Positions 50,101-64,000 of a stretch of 64,000 nucleotides of DNA are shown piece after piece. Source of the stretch: Spizellomyces punctatus DAOM BR117 (taxonomy: Eukaryota); the NCBI GenBank assembly GCA_000182565.2, contig KQ257453.1. The stretch is one strand, 5' to 3'. Within the stretch, counting starts at the first letter, position 1, and each line of letters begins with the position of its first letter. The notes below the pieces were generated by a model that saw only the letters and a list, made by a program, of their open reading frames with translations, had not been told where the DNA came from and searched no databases. The position numbers and the translations under genes are program-made.

Positions 50101-51993
50101 TGAAATGGACGTGAAGTCGCTGCAGGAAGGGTTGGCGGATGCAGAGAAGCATGCAGAGATTGTCAGGTACGCTGGATGGCAGCAATTGTGCCGCATGAAA
50201 ATGTGTTCTGATCTAGTTGATAGAACTCAACAGCAAGGGCCGAGTACCGAAGACCTGTCTCGCCGCGACGAACTCAATAGCATTATATCTAAGCTCACCA
50301 AGCAGACAAGTAATCTGCAGGAAAGTGCGACCGTAATTCAAGAAGACATCAAGGAGCTACAAGGCAAAATTCTCGAAGTCGGCGGGGTGCGGCTAAGAAC
50401 ACAACAAGCGAAGGTTGATGGAGTTAACGAAGAGATTGGCATAAATAACACGAGAATGACGAAGCTGCAAGTGGAGCGGTCAACAAGAGATAAAGCAGTG
50501 GCTAAGATACTGAAAAGTATTCACAAGAATCAAACTGAACTCGACAGTGTTAAGACAGAAATCGAGAGCATCGATGCAGATCTGGAGCGTCAACGGTCCG
50601 CAGCTAGTCAAGTGAAGGGGAAAGTTCAAGAGGCTCAGCAGGTTGATTGAGAGTGGCGACCTGGTGACTACATTCGTCATTCATCTTTATCTATTCAATG
50701 TTTGCACAGGTGCTGGAGACGAAGGAAACAGAGCTGGAGCAAATAAAGGAAATACTTGACGTCAAAACAGAAGAGATAAACGAAATGCGCAAACTTCAGG
50801 TATCCTAGATGCAATTAAAAATCCTAGCAAAGTGTAGGTCTCATTAACCTTCCGATCAGGTCGAAACTAAGGCACAGCTTGAAAGAGCGAAGGAGGGATT
50901 GGCAACCAAATTGAAACAACAGAAGTATTATCAAAACGAAATTTCGTGTAATCTTCGATTACAGTCAACTGGGTACGTTTCTAATAGTATTTGCCTTTGA
51001 GCTACGCAGTCATTTATGCAATTGTAGGTTTGAGTCAGATGACGAGGACCTGGAGCTCGAGCAGTACACAGCCGAACAGCTGGGCGCCTTGGACAAGGAA
51101 GAAGTGGAAGCGGATATTCAAAAACTTCAAGGTGAGTGCATTTTCTGTGTACCTTGGCCTTCTGATTTATCCTAAATCGGTATTTTACAGCCAAAGTGAA
51201 TGAGGGGACCCCAAACCTGACCGTTCTCGAGGAATACAGGCAGAAGCGTGAGGCGTATCTCGCACAAGCAAAGGTGTTGGAGGAGGTAACTCTACGACGT
51301 GATGAAGCAAAGAAGTCTTACGACGAGCTCCGGAACAAGCGGCTGGCTGAATTCATGGAAGGCTTCACTGCTATATCACAAAAACTGAAGGAAATGTATC
51401 AGGTCCGTGCTCTTTCTCAATTGGTCAACATGTTAATACCATCGCCACGTTACTGATGTGGCATTTCAGATGATTACTCTTGGCGGTAACGCCGAACTAG
51501 AGTTGGTTGATAGCCTGGATCCCTTCTCCGAAGGAATTATATTCAGTGTCATGCCGCCCAAGAAAAGCTGGAAGAACATTTCGAATCTCTCTGGTGGGGA
51601 GAAAGTAAGCAACCTAGAACAAGTGGGCCTTTAGTAAATTGCAGAAACATCTGACGCTCGCGCTTCGATAGACGCTAAGTTCGCTGGCTCTGGTGTTTGC
51701 ATTGCATCACTTCAAGCCGACGCCTCTCTACGTAATGGACGAGATCGACGCGGCCCTCGACTTCCGTAATGTCTCAATCGTGGCAAATTACATTAAAGAA
51801 AGAACGAAGAATGCACAGTTTGTAATAATTAGTTTGCGAAACAATATGTTTGAGTTGGCCGATCGGTTGGTAGGGATATATAAGGTACGTTATGCTGGTC
51901 TTTTTCTAATACATAGGCATCCCTCTCACTTGCTTAACTTAGACGGATAACACGACGAAAAGTATCACCATTAACCCTACTGCTGTTGCCTGA
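47178..51993 (+). CDS. SMC4: Condensin SMC subunit 4 (Smc4/Cut3)
   Basis: NFKSYAG, IVGPNGSGKSNVIDSLLFVFG, RFLILQ/GEVESI, hinge GRLGDLG...GTMSGGG, NLSGGEK and PTPLYVMDEIDAALD. The start could alternatively be the in-frame ATG at 47103. Confidence 0.95.
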
Positions 51994-52005
51994 TATTAGT
52001 GTACA

Positions 52006-54138
52006 TAGTGCGGAGCCGATGGGTATTGGCACTAGTACAAAGATTCCAACCAATTTAATCATAATTTTACTCGATTTAGACTCATGAACTATGGTTTGAT
52101 CCACAAAATCCTATATAAGTCATCGTCCATTTTCCCAGGCTTTCATCTTTTTCTACAGATATCATCATGCCACCAAAGAAGAAGCAAAAGCTCGAAAGGC
52201 TCGAAAAACTCGACAAACCTACTTGCTTACATACCTGCAACAAGACTTCCTTTGCAAAAGCTTTCCTGCCAAACTACCACCAACGGCTTCTAGATTACAT
52301 CGCCATCATCCATCAACTCGCCGACCACGCTTCCCACGCTCTCAAATTCTACATCCTATCTGCACCAACCTTTCCCACAGTAAATGAAGATACAATCGAA
52401 GCGATTCTCTATCTTCTCAACAAAGGAGAGGCTTGGCAGCCAAAAACTGATGCGAAAAAGGCGTTACGCAAATGCTTGTTGCCATACATTTGTCAGTACT
52501 GCCGCATCGGCTTTGTTCATCCAAATCTACGAGGCGAGCAGCAGTCAATCAATTACTTGACAGCGAGTATGATGACAAACCTGAAAGTCAATGTTCAAGA
52601 GCATTTCATGCAGATGCTCCTTCGGTATATCAATCTGCGGCTCGATGTGAAGGGACAGAAGCAGCAACTGCCACCTAAAAGTGATGTGCGAAAGGCTTTC
52701 TTTGCTCGTCTTCGCTACTTGAAGTCAATTTTCCTTTTTGATATTGTGCCCGAGTCACTCGATGACTTGACCGCTGAAGAGAGTGAGCTTCTAGAAGAGA
52801 TGTGGTCCTTCATTCCCCTTTCCGACCAGCCACTCACATATTCAGTTGCTGTAGACCCTCTCGCCTTCTTCCCTGCCTACTGTCGGTTGTCAAGCCTATA
52901 TGAAAAGCATGGATTTCGACGGTTCAGTGCAATCCCACTTCGCCGCTCCCTCATCCAAAGCCATGTGCGGATCGACACCGTCATCCTCTACTCTCATATC
53001 CTTTGCATCACGCGGCGAGACGCAGAAGCTGTAGCAAAGGTCGATTTATGGATGCACATCTGCAATCTACGTACCAAGGCTTTTCGGTCTCGCCGCGATA
53101 TGCAGTTTGAAGGCTCGATCACAACGGACGGTACCTCGGTGTCTGTGTATTTGAAACACCCCAACGCCGACAAGTATGGAAAGCGTGGAGCGAGAAAGTC
53201 AGCAAAGACCCTAGAAGCTGAGGTGAAGGCAGTATATGTGGAGAACAACTTACCTGCTTGTTGAGCAGAGAATGTTGTCGTTATCGACCCAAACAAGCGC
53301 GACATTCTCTACTGCCAGGACGGCAATGGTACAACGTTTCGCTACACCGCAAACCAGCGAGCCATGGAGACAGGCAGCCGTCGGCAGCGAAAGGAACAAC
53401 AGCAGATGAAGAAGGAAGTGGGAATGGACGTCATAGAATCACGAATACCATCTCACAAGACGATGAACCTCATGGACTTCACTCGCTACCTTCTTGTTCG
53501 CCGCGCAGATTCGGATCGTCGCAAGGAATTCTACTCCCATCCCGCCCACACACGGTGGAAGTGGCATTCCTTCATCAGTCGGCAGCGAAGTGAATCAGAC
53601 CTCATAAGTGCCATGCACAACAAATACGGTGAAAACTTTACCATTGTGATGGGTGATTGGAGCGACGCCGGTCGAACTGCGAGATTTCAGACCTCATCAA
53701 AGATGAAAGGTTGGCGCACCCTGTTCAAGCGCAACCGCATTGATTGTTTTCTTCTTGATGAACACAAGACCTCATCTGTTTGCCCTCGCTGTTCATCCTC
53801 TGAGTTTGTCGAGAAAGAATTCAAAGAACGACCTCATTCAAGACCTTGGCGCCGTCGCGAAGGCAAGATGGAAAAAGTCCACGGATTGCTGGGTTGTACC
53901 AACCCTAACTGTTTGCAGCAAGCCTGGACGATGCGCTACTGGAACCGAGATACGCTGGCAACCTGTAATATGCTGACAATCGTGCAATCAATGTTGGATG
54001 GGCACGGTAGACCAGAGGTGTTCAGCAGGGGTGTTCCAGCCGTAGCGTAGATTGGTTAGATTAGCTTATCCGAACTGGTTGTCGCCGGTTCAATTCCTGG
54101 TGCGGGTGCTAGTGCCAATACCCATCGGCTCCGCACTA
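52006..54138 (+). mobile_element. Element C: Spu-type Fanzor1 TIR element, 2133 bp, no transposase
   Basis: Perfect 30-bp TIRs TAGTGCGGAGCCGATGGGTATTGGCACTAG (52006-52035) and reverse complement (54109-54138). CATA at the left junction (52004-52007), TA at both ends, TATATAA upstream of an intronless Fanzor ORF. Confidence 0.95.
52167..54050 (+). pseudogene. Fanzor1 RNA-guided endonuclease (SpuFz1-like) interrupted by one in-frame TGA at 53262-53264
   Basis: MPPKKKQKLERL start and SITTDG as in SpuFz1 (recalled). After the stop, the same frame continues AENVVVIDPNKRD (RuvC-I), VMGDWS, LLDEHKTSSVCPRC, CTNPNC and YWNRD...CNM. 627 codons if read through. Confidence 0.92.
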
Positions 54139-54155
54139 TAATTAATACTTATCGA
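54064..54155 (+). ncRNA. Fanzor omegaRNA (scaffold 54064-54138 overlapping the right TIR; guide is flanking DNA from 54139)
   Basis: Hairpin GAACUGG/CCGGUUC, stem GGGUG/UACCC, loop UAGUGC complementary to the terminal GCACUA. Closely resembles the SpuFz1 omegaRNA as recalled. Confidence 0.88.
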
Positions 54156-54209
54156 CCTGCACAATTTACAACAATATCATTGATTCATGCATGTCCGGAC
54201 ACTTCGGAC

Positions 54210-57067
54210 ATGATGACCAAATCCCGACCATCAACGCTTGGTACCAATTTCACACAACGGCCTCCGATGATGACAGCAAAGTCTGCTACAGTGGTCGAGC
54301 AACTTGTACAATGGTCTCAAACGTTCGAGTATCGCCCTACCGGGTCCTTTTCGACCCATGCAACAAGCCTTTCTCAACGAGATGCTGAGACGTACGTTAT
54401 TCATACCGAGCACAGGATACGAAGCCTCGATCTACTCGCAATGTTAAATAAAAAGTTTTGCATGATAGGTTATGTAGGCATCAGCTGGTTCCTATCTGGC
54501 AGTATTTAGTTACACGCGTGACAACCCAAAAGTATGGCCTTGCGCAAAACAAGAGAAATATCGCACCGCTGACTCTTGAATGGCAGGCGTCGTAGGGGCA
54601 TTCGCGATATTTTGCGACAGTGCGTATATCATTTATTACCGGTGGCAGTCAGCTGTATTTAGTTAGTATTTTCAGAACCGCCGAGAACCCAGATATAGTC
54701 AACGCTTGTCCAAAGCTAGCCGCATATCGCGTTGGCACATCCAACGTTGATGAACGTAAACGGAAGCTACTTTCTCGTCGAAGTGCGCTGCAAAAGGAGC
54801 TGTATGATGCCAAAGCCCAGATAGAACAAGTGTCAATGTCTTGTGGGCAGCTTTCCTCGGATGTGTCACATAGAGGTAACTCTGGATTCTTACTAGTTGG
54901 TGGATCTCACCTAACAGATTGATTAGCTCGAAAGTCTTCAACAGCAAAACGGAAATTAGTTCAGCAGCGCCAAAAGATGCAGGTATATCAAGCTTACGGA
55001 AAGGAAGTTGGTTTCTACATACACATCATCAAGAGATCCACGGAGATGTTGCGAAGGTTCATTGCTGATATCAAAAATGGAGATAGAAGGTATCCCTCTT
55101 TTGACATGTTTGGCTGCCTTGTTGAATTGTACCCATAATACGCGGGCCTTTATCTTTCGGTAGAGTCCACATGTCGTCTTTGCATGTAGGTTATCGAATC
55201 CAAGGATGCAGTAATGGCGTTACTGCTTGGTTCTCATTTGAAAACAGGTTAAAACGGAAGAAGCATGTACGCGAGTCGGGGCTATCGTGGAAGAGCTTTT
55301 AGTTAGGTAGGCGATGATCCTGTACGATTCCGATGAATGACGCCCTGATTAAATGCTTCTCTCATTCACGCTTTTAGCGCAAGAAACTCCCAGACGGAAC
55401 GCTTTTCGTTTCTTGAGGTGCGTTCAGTTCGCAGTCATGTTGCACCACCAGCACCTAAATCACTTTCGATGATGAGTTAGGAGAATCTTCTGACCGCTGA
55501 GCCCGTGCTAGTCGTCAGAGGTCTGCTGAGTCACCTTCATTCTGCTTTGGTAAAGTTGAAAGAGTCGAATGATCGTGGCACCTTCAACAGATGGTACGTG
55601 CATCACCGTATCAGAAAATTGCCCCTTGGTAGTACTGTTAAAACCGAACTGTAAAGCAGCGGCCAGCAGCTATCTGCAGGGCATTGGCAATCACGGTTCG
55701 ATGCGTATCTCCAAGTAAGATTGCTCGGTGATTTCCGCTATGTGCCAGAGTGGTTTGCCGATATGCTTCTTCAGCGTTTTGCAGGACAGCACGTATGTCG
55801 GTATACAGAAGGAAAAAAATTACTTCGCGAGGCGCAAGTTCTGGAGAATAACATAATACAGCTTATGGAGGGGACAGCACCGCCACGTGAAACGTCACAA
55901 AGATTACTGTATGTTTTGTGATGAGGTTAGAATGCGACCTCCACTGATCATATCTTACCCGAACTCTACCAGAAGCAACTTAGTTACGGAGAGATGTGAT
56001 GCTTTTGCTCTTCGCAATCTATTGGAAGAGATTCGATTGCAAAGGTCAATCACGCGGCAGTTACTGGAATCTCAGTTCTCCGCCTGGGCTGACATCCACT
56101 GCACACATGCGAGTATTTTGTCGACCGTCAATGAAATGGTATAAAGGTGCACACATGCAATTCTTTTTAGTCCATGCTGAGATCACAGTGATAGGCGCGC
56201 GGCCTTCGTGCATTGGACGCTGTCGGAAAGGGTTCAAGAAAAGCCCATGAGGAATCACTATCATGGATCGCGGAGGTGAATTGTATTCTTTCGTGAATAC
56301 CTACGTGCTGTGCTGAAATCGCATCGTTCTTCGTAGCATGCGAGAAATGACCGTGCACCCAATAAGATTGGCGTTCTAAAACATCAGGTCGATGTTCTGT
56401 CCCACAACCTTCTTGGCTTTTGTTACGCTGAATTCAAAGCATTGCTCCCAGTAAACGTATGCAAACCGTTCCAAGCTAGGTCGTTACGGTAATACGTAAA
56501 CATCGCTCAATGCTCTCGTCGTCCGCGTCGCCTTGCTTACATTGTTATCTGTTACGTAGTACGTCCAGTCGATTGAAGCGTCGTGCTATATCAACCCTCC
56601 GGACTCCTGATCGTTGCGAATTGCTGGAGCTGCAGACAGCCATTAACATGCGGCCATACAATGTAAAGAAATGATGGTCCATGAACATACTAATTTGTAG
56701 CTCTCTAATGTGCGCTATTTCGTCTCAGGGCCCTGAAAATGTAGTTCACAACATCTCTCGGTTACAAGACGCAGGTGCGATAGCATCCTGGTTGATTGCG
56801 ATCTCAACCCGTCACCTCACCGTCTGTTCGCAGCTTTGGCTTGGGATATCTCTCTGAATCTTTATCGCAATATTGAAGAAACGTCCGAGAAACGACGTGA
56901 GAACCGTTCAACTGCTTTCAGTGTCACTTCGTCTGAGTGCTGATGTTCAGCTAGTTTCCTTGTTACGGAGACATTTGCAATCGCAACTGTTGGATTATAG
57001 TGATGACCAGGATATTGTTCAAGTTGTCTCAAGACTGGCAGGTAAGACGCGCTTCATTTGTTCTTAA
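54210..57067 (+). CDS. Augmin complex subunit 5 (HAUS5/AUG5)-like; many short exons, 3' end uncertain
   Basis: The spliced N-terminus QLVQWSQTFEYRPTGSF...ET/LCRHQLVPIWQYLVTRVTTQK/RRRGIRDIL resembles the recalled AUG5 pattern W..EMGYRP.G...CRG.MIP.W.FL..RV. Coiled coil follows. Confidence 0.65.
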
Positions 57068-57325
57068 GAGGTATTCGCTCAAGCTAAACGTGATATAAGC
57101 TTACATTGAAGCCTTGAACGCGATGTATTCCAACGAGAACACGCCTCGTGTGAAAGCAAAAGTTCTCCACGCCCATGAGTGCGTTGAATTGTACGAGGAG
57201 CTTAAGCTGCTTATGGAAAATAGGTAGATTCTCTGTGTGGGTTGGCAGAGTTGCATCTTCCTTATGATTCTCGTGCGGTACAGGAGCCAACTTTTCCTTG
57301 AGACGAGTCACAAGTGCACAGATTA

Positions 57326-60771
<3,446 letters not shown>

Positions 60772-61452
60772 TGTATAATTGATCAGAAGGATCTTCCAAA
60801 ACTGGTCTGGTAGGATGACTTTCCGATCTGCTTACCTCAGCGAGCGCGTTCGTTGCATATCCTTGCTTCATGGTAGGTCCTCTTGCTTTAGACGGTGGAA
60901 GTACGGAGTGCGATGCGGATGCTGGTTTATACGAGCATGAGAGGCATAGATAACAGATCACGGACCGTTCCCAAATATTTTCCCCGTTGTCCTTGCGGTA
61001 TTGTTTCTAAAATGATGATGAGATTTGCTTATAATAAGGTTTGACATCAATGTCAGTTGCAGTGGAATAGTGATCCTACATGACAGCCTCTTGCTCAGGC
61101 AGAATAAAGCCGTTTGTTCAAACCGCATGGATATCAAAAAATAACAAGATATGGAAACAGATCAAGCCCCGATTCATTAATCAAGTGGCTTAGCATACTT
61201 GATGGCAGTGCGAGATCTAACTTCGATGGTGGCAAGACGTGTGCTTCTGCTGGCTTATCCCTCCTCCTCGCCATCACCGATTCTCCAGCCCCTCTTGCGC
61301 CATCGTACCAAGTGCAAAGCAGAAGCTCCGCTTCGCTTGTCATTTCTTTTGCCTCTTGGTGCTTGTATTGTCTATTGCATCGGTTACATTGCTGCCTTCT
61401 TTATCCCAGATCGCCCGTGTAATTTGCGACACCACTCAAGCGCTGCAGCGAC

Positions 61453-62665
61453 ATGAACTTCTTTGACAGCGAGCTTTCTCTTCCCAAAATACGAGATGAG
61501 CTAGTTAGATTAGAGGACAGTATTATTTTTGGTACGTCTTTGAAGGGGCTCGTTCTGAATTCACAAACCTACCAGATGGAGCATGCGCTTATCAGTTTGA
61601 AACTTTTCATTAGCAATGATCGAGCGGGCCCAATTTGCTCAGAACACCAATATTTATAAGAAAGGACATTTTAAAGTTGACGGATTCAATGGATCGTTTC
61701 TGGAGTATCTTTTGCAAGAAATCGAAGGGGTGCATGGTAAAGCGTGTCCGGAAGTTGCGTTCATTGAAGTCGCAAATGACATTGACAGTACCATCAACTG
61801 TTTTCTGTCATTACTATTCAGCCAAAGTTCGAAGATATACTAGGTGCGGTGTCTAACAGACATTGAGAATGCAAAGCGCTCCCCGAGTGGCTAACTTGCA
61901 TCGCCGTGTTGTCTATGATTCCAGTCCAGATGAGTATCCTTTCAGCAAGAACCTTCCTGACCCCATCCTTCCTCCGCTTCAATACCCACAAGTTCTCGCT
62001 CCCAACAACATCAACTACAATGAAAAGCTTATGCACATCTACATCAACAACATTGTTCCTATTATTTGCAAACCCGGCGATGATTCAAATTACGGTTCGG
62101 CCGCCACTAAAGATGTTGAGGCCTTGCAGATATTATCGAGAAGAATACACTTCGGTATAGTGACATCAGCATGCAGATGTTCACCACCGCGGCAGGCAGC
62201 CTAATGAGCCTGTTTAATGTAGGCAAGTTTGTAGCTGAAGCAAAATTTAAAGATGCGAAAGATCACGACCAATATGTAAGTCTCATCAAGGCAAGAGATC
62301 GTGAAGGCATAATGGTAAGGGATAACTTCTTTCAGTGGATTTTCGATAATTTTGAAGAGTCCATTAAATGACGCCATGTTCAGCAACTGTTGACCAATCA
62401 CGCGGTGGAGGAGAAACTGCTTCGCCGCTTGAGACGAAAGGCTTTGGTCTACGGGCAAGAGATTGACGACGATGCCGGTGATGCAACGTCAGGGCAGCAG
62501 ACCAAGGGCCAGGGACAGCCACGAATTCCGCACGATGTAGTGGCAGATATGTATGAAAAGTACGTGATCCCGCTTACCAAAGAGGTAGAAGTAGAATATC
62601 TCCTCCACCGGCTAGATTATGGGAACTTCCAAACCAAGGGATTAACCCGAAATGGGACACAATGA
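61453..62665 (+). CDS. ARO7: Eukaryotic AroQ chorismate mutase
   Basis: LPKIRDELVRLEDSIIF/AMIERAQF, KVRRYT/SPDEYPF, NYGSAATKDVEALQILSRRIHF/GKFVAEAKF and VIPLTKEVEVEYLL. Confidence 0.95.
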
Positions 62666-62872
62666 CATATCGAACCTGTGGAAGCAAGGAAATTCTTGTA
62701 ACATCCGTGTTTCACATCTCACCGTTGGGAGATAGCTGGCCTGACCGTAAATGACGATAACAGACGTAAACAGTGGGAACGGCATACCGCCCTTCTTCAA
62801 TTATGTAACAAAGGCAAACCCGCCAGACGTAAATACAGAAACCTCGTTCCACCCACAACTACGGTCGCGCTT

Positions 62873-64000
62873 TCAGCTACTGATGCCTGCAGCAACGATT
62901 TTCCCATCCATTCCCGCGCTAAGAACATATCGAGCGTCTGTCCCAAACTTGAAATCCGAAATGTTTGCAGTGTGGTAGGACAGATTGCACAATTCGTCCC
63001 ACTGTTTCACCAGGTAGATTCTGTGCGTCACAACGTATATGGTTAGCATGGATCGTGCACTGCAGTATTCTTATTCGGAGCAAACCCTACCTCAATTCCT
63101 GGCCACATGCTGCACCAATGTATTGTCCACTGAAGTCGAACTGGACGCTTTGTACTCCTGTGCCTTTCGGAGCTTCAATTTCAATGGTCTGGAAGTTTAC
63201 CAGTTTTCGCAAATCCCAGAACTTGACAACAGCTTCGTCGGCCGCTGAGGTTGCCAGATAGTACCCATTCTCTGAGAAAGAGATCCCGGTGATCTTGCCC
63301 TTGTGGCCCTCAAAAGAGCGCACATTATTCTGGGACTTGACATCCCAAAGTCGGACAAGTGAGTCATTCGTACCAGTTGCAAGGATGAGGCCATCAGGGT
63401 GGAACTGCGCCGCGGTGTAAGCTGAATCAACGCAGAAAGTATGTTAACAATCCATTGTGTCTGGGACCCGGAAACACCCGGAAACACACCTTGTCCTCCT
63501 TCAGATTGTGCCACACGGAACAGAGATCGTCCAGTATCAACATCAAGGAATGCCCATGTACCGTCGGCAGACGCAGACACGATGTAATCTCCAGTTGTAT
63601 GCAACGTCAGAGCGTTGACTTCGGCTGAGTGGGTCTTGCTGGTATACTTCTCATCAATATGGAATGAATCGTTTCCCCCCTGTTCCACACCGAAGAATTT
63701 GACTGTCTTATCCGCACTTGCTGTGAAGAAGTGACCAGAGCGAACGTTGTCTCCATGGCTGTGCCAAATTGTATCATTGATCTTCTTCTTATGTGCAGGC
63801 GTCTTGGCAATAAGGTGGTTTCCGTTGCGCCAGTCCACTATGTGTGCTTGACCACTTTGTAGACCTGCAAGGGCCCACTCGCGTGTCTCGCCAGCAAGCT
63901 TTCCAGAATATAGATCTAAGCTAAGTGGAGCTTTTATTTCTACTTCCGTAATCTTCGTGAATCCGCGCACCTCGTCTACGGACGCACAGGATGACGCTGG
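62873..64000 (-). CDS. PRP19: Pre-mRNA-processing factor 19, WD40 region (5' part outside the window)
   Basis: [52 protein letters not shown]...VKFWDLRK and FDFSGQYI. Confidence 0.88.

Noticed and set aside
53262-53267. Programmed readthrough or selenocysteine at the Fanzor TGA
   Set aside because: The position corresponds to a non-catalytic Arg as recalled, and the TGA-G context is not a known leaky one. A point mutation is simpler.

Overview
Gene-dense, intron-rich eukaryotic DNA from a zoosporic (chytrid) fungus, very probably Spizellomyces or a close relative. The evidence is many short GT-AG introns, flagellar genes (TTC21B/IFT139, SAXO, ARMH1, LRRIQ1) beside fungal-type genes (ARO7, POX1, APL2), and an SpuFz1-type Fanzor. 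About 23 host genes can be supported. Three members of one TIR element family sit in intergenic gaps. Element C (52006-54138) is a full Spu-type Fanzor1 element with perfect 30-bp TIRs, CATA at its left junction, an intact-looking omegaRNA and a Fanzor ORF broken by one in-frame TGA. Elements A (30446-31194) and B (45192-45919) are related ~0.74-kb Fanzor-less elements on the minus strand. A and B share a body: TIR, poly(dA:dT) tract, TATA/CT-rich promoter, an intron-like segment at the same relative position and a conserved hairpin. They carry different RNA modules at the 3' end. A has a 75-nt omegaRNA colinear with that of C, with compensatory changes. B has an unrelated, highly base-paired ~200-nt RNA that still ends in the omegaRNA-type terminal pseudoknot. 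This suggests a non-autonomous RNA-expression cassette with an exchangeable guide-RNA scaffold, the main candidate for an undescribed system. All calls were made by eye without database searches, so exon boundaries and RNA folds need confirmation.
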